64,000 nt of DNA from Methanocaldococcus indicus (GTDB lineage Archaea; AGJL01; Methanococci; Methanococcales; Methanocaldococcaceae). The notes beneath the pieces were generated by a model. That model did not search any database, was not told the origin of the DNA, and saw only the letters and a program-made list of their open reading frames with translations. Position numbers and translations under genes: made by a program. Where the stretch lies: assembly GCF_049554935.1 (NCBI RefSeq), contig NZ_CP186926.1, positions 1,312,001 through 1,376,000 of the forward strand. The letters are read 5' to 3'. Positions 53,319 to 63,253 of the stretch are shown here, in pieces; positions within the stretch are counted from its first letter, which is position 1, and every line of letters starts with the position of its first letter.

Positions 53319-53729
53319 TCACTCTACAATTATTTTAAATGTTAGCTCCTTTCCCTCTTTTAATTTTTTTATTAGTTCTCTATTTAAATCTTTGGCTCCC
53401 TTATTTGCTTTAATCATTAATGTTCTTGGACAGATATATGAACTTTTTCTTACAACTATATCTGTTGGATGATTTAATATTAAATCTTTATGTCCTTCTC
53501 CAACTACAACCTCTTTTATATTATCTACTTCAATCTCAACAACTATTTTTTTGGCATTTCTTAACTTCTCTTTAAATTCTTCTGGAAAGTCCAACATTGA
53601 TTTATTTGCCATAATTCCAATAATACAGTGTCCTGTCTTTGTTAGATAGTTGTCTTTTGTTATCTCCAATGTTGTTTTATGGGTTCCAGAGACATTTTTA
53701 TGTCCTTTTGCTTTTATAGTGAATATCAT
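53319..53729 (-). CDS. DUF371 family protein
   Basis: 'GHKNV...HKTTLEITKD..LT..G.CIIG', 'VVRKS.Y...RTL.I.A'. Confidence 0.88.
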   Translation of the reverse strand: MIFTIKAKGHKNVSGTHKTTLEITKDNYLTKTGHCIIGIMANKSMLDFPEEFKEKLRNAKKIVVEIEVDNIKEVVVGEGHKDLILNHPTDIVVRKSSYICPRTLMIKANKGAKDLNRELIKKLKEGKELTFKIIVE

Positions 53730-53825
53730 AATTTACCATAATTTAATTTTCTATTTTTAGAGTTAGATTAAATTTATATAAAACTTTACTAATTAAAGAA
53801 TAAAAACTTTTTTGAGGGATATTAA

Positions 53826-55406
53826 ATGTATTGGGCAGATGTTACTGCAAATAAACTTTTAAGGAATAGGAAAGAAGATAAGTATGTTATAGCAACAGGA
53901 ATAACACCATCAGGACATATACATATTGGAAATGCAAGGGAAACATTAACAGCAGATGCAATTTATAAATCTCTGAAAGATTTAGGAGTAGAAGCTGAAC
54001 TTATATTTATAGCAGATACTTATGACCCTTTAAGGAAGAGATATCCATTTTTACCTGAAAGTTATGAGGAATATGTTGGAGTTCCATTAAGTGAAATACC
54101 TTGTCCAGAAGGATGTTGTGAGAACTATGCTGAACATTTTTTAAAACCATATTTAGAGAGTTTAGATGATTTAGGGATTGAAATTAAAGTTTATAGGGCA
54201 GATAAGCTCTATAAAGAAGGAGTTTATAATGAAAAAATAAGATTGGCATTAGATAATAGAGAGAAAATTATTGAGATTTTAAATAAATTTAGAGATAAGC
54301 CATTAGAAAATGATTGGTGGCCAGTAAATGTAGTATGTGAGAAATGTAAGAGTTTAAAAACTAAGATTTTATCTTATGAAAATGAAAAATTAAAATACAA
54401 ATGTGAAAAATGTGGATATGAAGGAGAGTCATCATTTTACAATGGTAGAGCTAAGTTAAAATGGAGAGTTGATTGGCCTGCAAGATGGAGTATATTCAAT
54501 GTTTCTCTTGAACCTATGGGAAAAGACCATGCAGCTGCTGGAGGTAGCTATGATACTGGAAAACTAATAGCTAAGGACATCTATAATTATGAAGCTCCTT
54601 TTAAAGTAGTATATGAGTGGATTCAGCTAAAAGTAGGAGATAAAGCAGTTCCAATGAGCTCATCAAAAGGAGTAGTATTTGCTGTTAAAGATTGGACTGA
54701 TATAGCACATCCTGAAATATTAAGATTTCTAATTTTGAGAAGTAAGCCAAATAAACATATTGACTTTGATTTAAAGAAAATTCCTGATTTAGTTGATGAA
54801 TATGATAGATTAGAAGAGTTCTATTTTGAGAATAAAGATAAGGAATTAGATGAAGATGGAAAAGAAAAGATAAGGATTTATGAAATATCTACACCAAAAA
54901 TTCCAGAAAAAAAGCCATTTGTTATACCATATAGATTTTGCTCAATAATAGGACAGTTAGCATACAAAGATGGAGATATTGATATGGAGAAAGTTTTTGA
55001 GATTTTAAAGAGAAACAACTATAATATAGAAGAGATAGATGATTTCAGTTTAAGAAGATTAAAAGATAGATTGATAATGGCAAGAAATTGGGCATTGAAT
55101 TATGGTGAAAAATTAGTAATTATTGATGAAGAAGAAGCTAAAAATATTTATAAATCTCTAAAAGATAAACAAAAAGAATTTATTAAAAGATTTTATGAAA
55201 GATTAAAAGAGATTAATTTTGATGCACTAACAATCCATGAGACAATTTATGAAGTAGCTAAGGAAGTTGGTATAAATGTTAGAGATGCCTTCCAAGCATG
55301 TTACTTAATCTTATTAAATAAAAAGTATGGACCAAGGTTAGGAGCTTTCTTAGCTTCATTAGGGAAAGATTTTGTATTAAAAAGATTTGGGTGTTTAGAT
55401 GATTAA
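53826..55406 (+). CDS. lysS: Class I lysyl-tRNA synthetase
   Basis: 'GITPSGHIHIGN', 'WRVDWP.RW', 'GKDH', 'MSSSKG', 'GPRL'. Confidence 0.97.
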   Translation: MYWADVTANKLLRNRKEDKYVIATGITPSGHIHIGNARETLTADAIYKSLKDLGVEAELIFIADTYDPLRKRYPFLPESYEEYVGVPLSEIPCPEGCCENYAEHFLKPYLESLDDLGIEIKVYRADKLYKEGVYNEKIRLALDNREKIIEILNKFRDKPLENDWWPVNVVCEKCKSLKTKILSYENEKLKYKCEKCGYEGESSFYNGRAKLKWRVDWPARWSIFNVSLEPMGKDHAAAGGSYDTGKLIAKDIYNYEAPFKVVYEWIQLKVGDKAVPMSSSKGVVFAVKDWTDIAHPEILRFLILRSKPNKHIDFDLKKIPDLVDEYDRLEEFYFENKDKELDEDGKEKIRIYEISTPKIPEKKPFVIPYRFCSIIGQLAYKDGDIDMEKVFEILKRNNYNIEEIDDFSLRRLKDRLIMARNWALNYGEKLVIIDEEEAKNIYKSLKDKQKEFIKRFYERLKEINFDALTIHETIYEVAKEVGINVRDAFQACYLILLNKKYGPRLGAFLASLGKDFVLKRFGCLDD

Positions 55407-56169
55407 AGTTTTAGCTATGGAAGAAGTTAAAAGTAATTCAAAAGAGTTGGCAAATAAAGAATTTGAAAAATTGAAAGAAGATATATTAAAAAATTATAAA
55501 GCAAAGTTAAACTTTGTAGATGTAGAAGAGAATGAGCTATATACTGTTGTTGGTGAGTTTGAGATAGAGTTTGATAATTTTTTAGAGTATATAGAATTTT
55601 GTTTAAAGTATTCTCCTGATGTGGAAGTATTGAAACCTTCAAAAATAGTTTTAGATAAGGAAGAATTGAACAAAGTTTTAGCATTTGTTATTCATACATT
55701 TAAAGAATTTACTAATAAATATAAAATAGGTTTTAATGTATATTTAAAAGATAAGAAAGATTATGACATTGAAAAATATAAAAATGGACTTTATGATGAT
55801 GAAGAGCTTTATGAGTTGGAGGAAGAGTATATAAGAGTTAAAGCTGTGTTTGAAGGAGAAGGTAAAAGTGAGAAAGAAGTTGTTGCAAATCTATTATCAT
55901 CCTTGGATATGGACAATATTATTGTAAATAAAATATTAACACAAAATTATGAAAAAGATGAATTTAAAGGATTAATTGGAGTTGATTTATTTTGTAAGCC
56001 ATTTGAACTTTTTGAAATAGCTTATAAATATCAACCAGTTGCTTTATCTGTACAAAAAGATAAAATAACACTTTCTTTATCAGAAATACAAGATATAGGT
56101 AATGAATTAGGAGGAGCAATATTTGAGCTATCTCATGCAGTTGTTAATAGATTTGGAAACATAAAATAA
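55399..56169 (+). CDS. Conserved hypothetical protein with apparent internal duplication
   Basis: Overlaps lysS; halves resemble each other ('FCLKYSPDVEV' vs 'IAYKYQPVALSV'). Confidence 0.75.
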   Translation: MIKVLAMEEVKSNSKELANKEFEKLKEDILKNYKAKLNFVDVEENELYTVVGEFEIEFDNFLEYIEFCLKYSPDVEVLKPSKIVLDKEELNKVLAFVIHTFKEFTNKYKIGFNVYLKDKKDYDIEKYKNGLYDDEELYELEEEYIRVKAVFEGEGKSEKEVVANLLSSLDMDNIIVNKILTQNYEKDEFKGLIGVDLFCKPFELFEIAYKYQPVALSVQKDKITLSLSEIQDIGNELGGAIFELSHAVVNRFGNIK

Positions 56170-56327
56170 TCTTAATTTTCTTTATTTTTTGCTTCCTAAT
56201 TAATTTTTTAAACAAAATATAAAAATAAAAATTTTAATATAGCTTAAAGATAAATATTAAATATTATAAAATATGATTATTAAATATTAAAGTTTTAGGA
56301 ACTAAATTCATAAGTAGTAGATTAATT

Positions 56328-56519
56328 ATGATAAAAAAGTTACTCTCTAATAAAGGACAAATATCTATGGAATTTGCTATTTTAATGATGGTAGTAGTAA
56401 CAACTTCAACAATATTGACATACTATTTAATGAAATCAGCTATATCTATAAAAGATACATCTGTTAAAGCTATAAATGAAACTGCTAATACAGCAGAAAA
56501 AGCCTTATCAACTGTTTAG
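56328..56519 (+). CDS. Small class III signal peptide (DUF361-type) pilin
   Basis: 'KG/QISME' plus hydrophobic helix. Confidence 0.85.
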   Translation: MIKKLLSNKGQISMEFAILMMVVVTTSTILTYYLMKSAISIKDTSVKAINETANTAEKALSTV

Positions 56520-56530
56520 GTGATAATAAT

Positions 56531-56920
56531 ATGTGTATATTTTGTAAGATAGTGAATGGAGAAATTCCTGCTAAGGTAGTTTATGAAGATGACTATGTCT
56601 TAGCTTTTTTAGATATCAATCCAAGAAGTAAGGGACATACATTAGTTATTCCAAAAAAGCATTATGAAAAATTTGAAGATATTCCTGATGAAGAACTTCA
56701 AAAATTAATTTTAGGAGTTAAAAAAACATTAAATATATTAAAAAAATTAGGATTTAGTGACTATAATATAGTTAATAACAATGGTAAATTAGCTGGACAA
56801 GAAGTTAATCATGTTCATTTTCATATAATTCCAAGATTTGGAGAAGAAGAAGGAATAATTTTTGGAAAAGTAGTAGATGTTGATTTGGATGAAATCTATA
56901 AAAAATTAAAGAGTAATTAA
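56531..56920 (+). CDS. HIT family hydrolase
   Basis: 'CIFCKI', 'GHTLVIPKKH', 'HVHFHIIPR'. Confidence 0.95.
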   Translation: MCIFCKIVNGEIPAKVVYEDDYVLAFLDINPRSKGHTLVIPKKHYEKFEDIPDEELQKLILGVKKTLNILKKLGFSDYNIVNNNGKLAGQEVNHVHFHIIPRFGEEEGIIFGKVVDVDLDEIYKKLKSN

Positions 56921-58192
56921 TCTTTTTATCTCTTCTAATTTTTCTTTTAAAATTTCTTCATTATCTGCCTCTAAGTTTAACCTTAATAAAGGTTCTGTGT
57001 TTGAAGGTCTGATATTAAACCAGAATCCTTTACAATACACTGAAAGACCATCAAGTTCTTCTATTCTACAATCTTTAAAATGTTCTTTTATTCTTTCTAA
57101 TACCTCTTTTTGGTTATCTACTTTAAAGTTTATTTCCCCTGAATGATAGTATTTATTAAATTCATCTGCTAACTCATCTAAATCTTTATTTGCCTTCACA
57201 ACATAGTATAAAGCCAACAAAGGACTCTCAAAATATCCAATTTCTTTAAAGTAGAAATGATTACTTAACTCTCCTGCAAACTCAGCGTCTTCTTTATGCA
57301 TAAGCTTTTTTATAAAGTAATGTCCTACTCTTGTCTTTATAGGAATTCCTCCATACTTTAAGATAGTTTCCTCAACAACCTTAGAACATCTTAAATCATA
57401 TATAATTTTTGAATTTGGTTTTTCTTTTAAAATTTCTCTTGCTATTATAGCCGTTAATATATCTCCTCTAACATTTCTACCTCTATTGTCTATCATTCCT
57501 AACCTATCACCATCTCCATCAAATATTAAACCTAAATCACATTTTTCTTCTTTTACTTTTTTTATTATATCTCTTAAACACTCCTCTTTTAAAGTATCTG
57601 GCTCATGAGCTGGAAAATTTCCATCAGGATAGTCATTTATAAAAATAGGATTCTCTACAATTTCCTCTAAAATCTCTTTTTCTGCTATTGTTGTTGCACC
57701 ATTTGCAAAATCAACAGCTATCTTTTTATCAATTTTTCCAATCTTTTTAATAAAGAATCTCTTATAATCCTCTTTAATATCAACTAAATAGTCCTCTAAA
57801 TTAACTGGTTCTTTTGCTTTATATTTCTTAAATATTGGTTTAATCTCTTCTTTTGGAGATATTGGAATAGCTACTCTATCACACATCTTAAATCCAGTAT
57901 ATTCCTTAGGATTATGAGAAGCAGTAATAATAACTCCTAAATCATATTTATTTTTAGTTCCAAAGTATAAGAGTGGTGTTGATATAACTCCTGCAAAATC
58001 AACATCACAACTCTCCACCAATCCAGAAACAAAATAAGGAGCTAATTTTTTTGAACCTTCTCTAACATCCATTCCAACTAAAACTTTTTTATCTTTATAT
58101 TTTTCTCCTAAAACTTTTCCTAAGGAATATGCAAAATCTTCATCTAACTCTTTCTTATATACTCCTCTTATATCATAAGCTTTAAACACCAT
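56906..58192 (-). CDS. Phosphomannomutase/phosphoglucomutase
   Basis: 'FKAYDIRG', 'TASHNP', 'FDGDGDR', 'GELSNH', 'RPSNTEP'. Confidence 0.94.
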   Translation of the reverse strand: MVFKAYDIRGVYKKELDEDFAYSLGKVLGEKYKDKKVLVGMDVREGSKKLAPYFVSGLVESCDVDFAGVISTPLLYFGTKNKYDLGVIITASHNPKEYTGFKMCDRVAIPISPKEEIKPIFKKYKAKEPVNLEDYLVDIKEDYKRFFIKKIGKIDKKIAVDFANGATTIAEKEILEEIVENPIFINDYPDGNFPAHEPDTLKEECLRDIIKKVKEEKCDLGLIFDGDGDRLGMIDNRGRNVRGDILTAIIAREILKEKPNSKIIYDLRCSKVVEETILKYGGIPIKTRVGHYFIKKLMHKEDAEFAGELSNHFYFKEIGYFESPLLALYYVVKANKDLDELADEFNKYYHSGEINFKVDNQKEVLERIKEHFKDCRIEELDGLSVYCKGFWFNIRPSNTEPLLRLNLEADNEEILKEKLEEIKRLITL

Positions 58193-58194
58193 AA

Positions 58195-58830
58195 TTATCC
58201 CAAAATTCTTATACCTTTTTCATATATCTCAAATTTTATCTCTTCTTCTGGAGCATATAAATGTTTTTCTAAATATGCTACTCTATAATCCTTACTTTTC
58301 TCCAATCTAATTATACATTTGCTCCAATACTCTAAAAGATTTCCTCCAGCAGCTTCAAATCCATTAGTCGTTTCCCTTCCTTGGTTTGTTATAAGGACAG
58401 CTATATTGTAAGATTTAGCCAACTTTAACAATGTTCTTATCTGATTTCCAAGCATTCTATTTAGAGTTATATTTTTATCTGCTTTATCAGTTAATTCCAA
58501 TCTATATAGAGAGGTTATATTATCCACAACAACTAAATCAATTTCATTAGCCAACTTTGGAAGTTCTTTTAATATAATTCTATCTTGCTCAAAAAAGTCA
58601 AATATGTTATAAACCAACAAATTCTCTAAAAGTTTATGGTTATTTTCAATTTGTAAAATTCTTTTTATTGAAAGTCCTCCCTCTGTGTCAATATAAACAA
58701 CTTTTCCATTATCTTTTATATAATTTATAGAATTGATTATACAAATATTTGTTTTTCCACTTCCAGGAGGTCCATAAATTTGAGTTATAATTTCTCTATC
58801 AACCTTATCAGTTAATATTTTTGTTAGCAT
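58195..58830 (-). CDS. radB: DNA repair protein RadB
   Basis: 'QIYGPPGSGKT', 'YIDTEGG', 'LEKH'; short RecA paralogue lacking N-domain. Confidence 0.92.
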   Translation of the reverse strand: MLTKILTDKVDREIITQIYGPPGSGKTNICIINSINYIKDNGKVVYIDTEGGLSIKRILQIENNHKLLENLLVYNIFDFFEQDRIILKELPKLANEIDLVVVDNITSLYRLELTDKADKNITLNRMLGNQIRTLLKLAKSYNIAVLITNQGRETTNGFEAAGGNLLEYWSKCIIRLEKSKDYRVAYLEKHLYAPEEEIKFEIYEKGIRILG

Positions 58831-59458
58831 TTATTCTCTCCTTAATGCTTTTAGCTACTTCTTTTGGATTTTCATTCTGATAGATAGCTCTACCAACAAT
58901 AATATAATCATTATCATCTAAAATATCTATAATATCCTCAATCTTTCCTCCTTGGGCTATAACTCCTGGTGTAATAACTGGTTTTTGAGAAGTCTCTTTT
59001 AATTTTTTTAATCTATCAGGTTTTGTTGCAGGAGCTACAATATAATTAACATTTAATTTTTTAGCTAAAAGAGCTAACTCTTCAGCAATTGGTTTTAAAA
59101 ATTGTTCAGCTCCATTATGACTCATTTCAGTAACTAAAATAACCTTTTTGTCTTTGGCAGTGTTTAACACTGCTTTAACTGATTCTTCACCAACAAATCC
59201 ATGGACAATAATTCCATCAGCATACTTTAATGTTATTTTAGCTATTTTTTCATTTGTTGAAGGTATATCTGCAACTTTAAAATCAGCTATAACTTCTTTA
59301 TTGTATCTTTCTTTAATTTCTTTTATTATCTTTATTCCATAAGGCAAAACTAATGGATATCCTACTTTTATAGCATCTATATAGTCAATAACTTCATCCA
59401 ATATTTTAAAAGCTCTTTCTTTATCTTCAACATCTAAGGCAAGCATAAGCTTTGGCAT
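58808..59458 (-). CDS. pyrF: Orotidine 5'-phosphate decarboxylase
   Basis: 'LALD', 'DFKVADIPST', 'TPG', 'IVGR.I'. Confidence 0.95.
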   Translation of the reverse strand: MPKLMLALDVEDKERAFKILDEVIDYIDAIKVGYPLVLPYGIKIIKEIKERYNKEVIADFKVADIPSTNEKIAKITLKYADGIIVHGFVGEESVKAVLNTAKDKKVILVTEMSHNGAEQFLKPIAEELALLAKKLNVNYIVAPATKPDRLKKLKETSQKPVITPGVIAQGGKIEDIIDILDDNDYIIVGRAIYQNENPKEVAKSIKERINANKNIN

Positions 59459-60103
59459 CTATTCCACCTTTTCAATAACTAAAATAATAAAATTTCCTCT
59501 TTTAGAGAATTTAGATAATAATTTATCAATTCTCTTCCAAAATTTAAAAATCATTTTTAAGTTAGGGAATATCTTAAATATAGGAGGAAAAAAATAAAAG
59601 CTTTTTTTATATATTATTTTGTATCCTTTAAAATCTTCTATTGATAAAGGTTTATGAAATATATCAAAATTAAAAAATATCTCTTCTTTAAATAAGCAAT
59701 CTTTATTCATAAAAACAATTATTGCCTTCCCTCCTCTTTTTAAAACTCTATATATTTCCTTAAATCCCTCTATTCCAATATGTTCTAAAACATTTATACA
59801 TAAAACTGTGTCAAAAACATTATCTTTAAAAGGTAAATATAATAGGTTACCTACAACTTTTTTATCTCCTTTATGTTTCTTTAACAAATTTAAAGATATA
59901 TCTAAATATATAGTATCATAATCTTTCAGTATATTATAAAATCTTCCAAATCCAGAGCCTGCATCTAACACAAACCCAGAGATTTTATCTTTAATCTCTT
60001 CTTCAATTAATGTATCTGCAAAATCTATAATATCTTTCATATATTTGGGTAGTTTATTAACATCCCAATGGTCATAAAATTGTTTTATTTCTTTTGTTTT
60101 CAT
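59459..60103 (-). CDS. Class I SAM-dependent methyltransferase
   Basis: 'VLDAGSGFG', 'LPFKDNVFD', 'VLEHI'. Confidence 0.87.
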   Translation of the reverse strand: MKTKEIKQFYDHWDVNKLPKYMKDIIDFADTLIEEEIKDKISGFVLDAGSGFGRFYNILKDYDTIYLDISLNLLKKHKGDKKVVGNLLYLPFKDNVFDTVLCINVLEHIGIEGFKEIYRVLKRGGKAIIVFMNKDCLFKEEIFFNFDIFHKPLSIEDFKGYKIIYKKSFYFFPPIFKIFPNLKMIFKFWKRIDKLLSKFSKRGNFIILVIEKVE

Positions 60104-60112
60104 ACTATTCTC

Positions 60113-62134
60113 TTAAATTATTATTCTTGCATCTCCTACAATGCCACAATGGTCAAATACAAACAATGGATTTATCTCAATCTCTTTAATATTGTTTATT
60201 TCAGCTATAACACCAATCTTTATCAAAGTTTCTGCTATAAAGTTTATGTCTTTCTTTTTTTGTCCTCTATATCCTTCTAATATTTTGTAAGATTTTAGTT
60301 CTTTAATCATGTTTATAGCATAGTTTTTAGATATTGGCAATACTCCTAAGGATATATCTTTTAAAACCTCTACAAATATTCCTCCTAAACCAACCATAAC
60401 TGTATAGCCTAAATCATCTTTCTTAGAGCCTACAATAACCTCAACTTTCTCTCCATCAATATACTCCTCTACAAGAACTCCTTCAATTTTTTTTCCTTTT
60501 GCTCTTTCAATTAATGTTCTATATGCTTCTCTTGGATTTTCTGGATTTATTATTACTCCTCCTATATCACTTTTATGTAAGATTTCAGGAGATACAATTT
60601 TCATAACACATTTGTCAAATTTTTTGGCATAAAATTCAGCTTCCTCTTCACTTCTTGCTAAATAACCTTTTGGAACAGGAATATTATATATTGAGAGTAG
60701 TTTTTTTGCTTTATACTCATTAACATCTTTTAATAACTCTCTAATAATATTTTTGTTTTCATCTGTTATTTTTAAGAACTCTTCTTTTACTTTATAATAG
60801 TAGTTATCATCTTCAATTTTCTTACTGTATTTATAAAGATAAGATAATGCCTTTACACCATTCTCAGGAGTTATATATGATGGATATCCATTCTTTCTTA
60901 AATAGCTCTTAGCTCCTTTTATTGAAATTCCTCCAACAAATGAGGTTATGAGAGGTTTAATATTTAAATCAACTATTTCTTTTGCCACTTCTAATGGTTT
61001 AGTCATCTTTTGAGGAGTTAGTATAACTAAAAAAGCATCTATATTCTTATCTTTTGATAAAATTTCTATAACTTTTCTATATCTTTCAGGAGTTGCATCA
61101 CCTATAATATCTAATGGATTTGAAATATTGGCTGTTTTTGGTAGAACTTCTTTAAGTTTATTTACTGTCTCTTCTGAAAAATTTGGTAATTTTAAATTAT
61201 ACTTCTCAGTGTAATCAGCTGCTAAAACACCAAATCCCCCTGCATTTGTAATAATAGCAATATTATTTGATTTTAAAGTTGGCTGAGTTGAGAATATATG
61301 TATTAAATCAATTAACTCCTCAAATGTTTCAGCAATAATAAAATTCAGCTGCTTAAATAATGCTTTATATACTCTATATTCTCCTGCTAAGCTTCCAGTA
61401 TGTGATTTAGCTGCTTTCTTACCAACCTCACTTTTTCCAGATTTTAATACAATAATAGGTTTATTTACTTTCTTAGCTATTTCTTTAAAATTTTTATCTT
61501 TTAAACCTTCCAAATATATAGCTATTAGTTTTGTCTCATTATCATTGTTTAGATACTCTAAAAGTTTCCCTTCCAACTCCATAATATTGTTTCCTAAACT
61601 TACAACCTTTGAAACTCCAATATTTAGGAGTGGGCAAATATCTAATATAGCATTTAAAACAGCACCACTCTGTGAGATGATAGCTACATTTCCTTTTGGA
61701 GGATATATATTAGAAAAAGAAGCATTTAGATTGTTGGATGTATTAATAATTCCTAAGCAGTTAGGTCCTACAACAGTTATATTGTATTTCTTAGCTATTT
61801 CTTTTATTTTATTCTCTAACTCATAATTGCCAACTTCTGAAAATCCAGCAGTTATAATAACAACTGCTTTCACTCCCTTTTTCCCACATTCCTCTAAAAC
61901 ATTAGGAACTACAACATTGGGAGTTACTATAACAGCTAAATCTATATCATCATCAACATCTAAAATTGACTTATAACATTTATATCCTAAAATTTCACTA
62001 TATTTTGGATTTATTGGATATATTTTTCCTTTAAAATCTTTCAAATTGTTTAATATTGAGTATCCTACTTTATTCTCTTTTGGAGTGGCTCCAATAATAG
62101 CAATTGATTCAGGATAGAATAAGTATTTTATCAT
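60113..62134 (-). CDS. ADP-forming acyl-CoA synthetase, fused alpha/beta
   Basis: 'GPNCLG', 'SQSGA', 'SHTGSLAG', 'NPLD', ATP-grasp 'HKSDIGGV', 'EINP'. Confidence 0.92.
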   Translation of the reverse strand: MIKYLFYPESIAIIGATPKENKVGYSILNNLKDFKGKIYPINPKYSEILGYKCYKSILDVDDDIDLAVIVTPNVVVPNVLEECGKKGVKAVVIITAGFSEVGNYELENKIKEIAKKYNITVVGPNCLGIINTSNNLNASFSNIYPPKGNVAIISQSGAVLNAILDICPLLNIGVSKVVSLGNNIMELEGKLLEYLNNDNETKLIAIYLEGLKDKNFKEIAKKVNKPIIVLKSGKSEVGKKAAKSHTGSLAGEYRVYKALFKQLNFIIAETFEELIDLIHIFSTQPTLKSNNIAIITNAGGFGVLAADYTEKYNLKLPNFSEETVNKLKEVLPKTANISNPLDIIGDATPERYRKVIEILSKDKNIDAFLVILTPQKMTKPLEVAKEIVDLNIKPLITSFVGGISIKGAKSYLRKNGYPSYITPENGVKALSYLYKYSKKIEDDNYYYKVKEEFLKITDENKNIIRELLKDVNEYKAKKLLSIYNIPVPKGYLARSEEEAEFYAKKFDKCVMKIVSPEILHKSDIGGVIINPENPREAYRTLIERAKGKKIEGVLVEEYIDGEKVEVIVGSKKDDLGYTVMVGLGGIFVEVLKDISLGVLPISKNYAINMIKELKSYKILEGYRGQKKKDINFIAETLIKIGVIAEINNIKEIEINPLFVFDHCGIVGDARIII

Positions 62135-62186
62135 AGTTATCCCTAAATTAGTTTTATAATAAATTTTTTAGTTGTTGGTGATAAAT

Positions 62187-62807
62187 ATACTTATTGAAAA
62201 GATTGAAAGATTGAAAAATAGTGAAGTAAAAGAAATTATAGATAAAAGAATCAAAGAGTTTAAAGAGTTTAAAAATAAGGATAATAAAGAGTGGTTTAAG
62301 GAGTTATGTTTTTGCTTATTGACAGCAAACTTTTCAGCTGAAAAATGCATAAAGATTCAAAAAGAGATTGATGATGGTTTTTTAACACTTAGTAGAGAGG
62401 AGTTAGAGAACAAATTAAAAGAGTTAGGCCATAGATACTACAAAAAAAGAGCAGAATACATAGTATTGGCAAGGAGATATAAGAATATAAAAGATATAAT
62501 AACAAGTTTTAGAGATGAAAGAAAGGCAAGAGAATTTTTAGTTAAGAACATAAAAGGTTTAGGTTATAAGGAGAGTTCTCACTTTCTAAGAAATGTTGGT
62601 TATGATAATGTAGCTATAATAGATAGACACATTTTAAGAGAGCTATATGAAAATAATTATATATTAGAAATACCAAAAACTCTATCTAAGAGAAAATATT
62701 TAGAGATTGAGAAAATTTTAGAAGAAATAGGTAGAGAAGTTAATTTAAACTTAGCAGAGTTAGATTTATATATTTGGTATTTAAGGACTGGAAAAGTTTT
62801 AAAGTGA
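62187..62807 (+). CDS. ogg: 8-oxoguanine DNA glycosylase/AP lyase (Ogg2)
   Basis: 'ELCFC.LTAN', HhH 'KGLGYKESSHFLRN', C-terminal 'GKVLK'; start uncertain (TTG 62172, GTG 62178 or ATA 62187). Confidence 0.92.
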   Translation: MLIEKIERLKNSEVKEIIDKRIKEFKEFKNKDNKEWFKELCFCLLTANFSAEKCIKIQKEIDDGFLTLSREELENKLKELGHRYYKKRAEYIVLARRYKNIKDIITSFRDERKAREFLVKNIKGLGYKESSHFLRNVGYDNVAIIDRHILRELYENNYILEIPKTLSKRKYLEIEKILEEIGREVNLNLAELDLYIWYLRTGKVLK

Positions 62808-62812
62808 TTTTT

Positions 62813-63220
62813 ATGGGAGATATTGAAAGAATCTCCATAAGCTTTTCAAAATTTTTATTAGAAGAGATTGATAGGCTTATAAATGAAAAGGGATATTCAA
62901 GTAGAAGTGAATTAATTAGGGATGCTGTAAGAAAAATGATTTTAGAGAATAATACATTAGATAGAGAAGGAATTATAAATGGAATAATTATAGTTGTTTA
63001 TTACCCTACCAAAGAGAATTTAGATACTATGAGTAAGTTATATTTTGAGTATCACAATCTTATAAAATCTGTAAATCAAGGATATATAACTACACAATGT
63101 GGAAAAAATATGAAAGTTGAGATGTTTATTGTTGAAGGTAAAGGAAAAGAAATAAAGAATTTTTATGAATCAATAAAAAAATTAAACAAAAAGATATATG
63201 ATAAAATAGTAGTATTTTAA
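62813..63220 (+). CDS. NikR-like ribbon-helix-helix regulator
   Basis: 'ERISIS...GYSSRSELIRDAVR' plus ACT-like C-domain. Confidence 0.85.
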   Translation: MGDIERISISFSKFLLEEIDRLINEKGYSSRSELIRDAVRKMILENNTLDREGIINGIIIVVYYPTKENLDTMSKLYFEYHNLIKSVNQGYITTQCGKNMKVEMFIVEGKGKEIKNFYESIKKLNKKIYDKIVVF

Positions 63221-63253
63221 ATACATAAAATTTTATTTTAAGTGGGAATAATT

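Noticed and set aside
1464-61826. Numerous 60-145 aa antisense ORFs rich in Ser/Phe/Ile/Leu
   Set aside because: Shadow frames opposite well-supported genes; composition mirrors sense-strand Glu/Lys codons.
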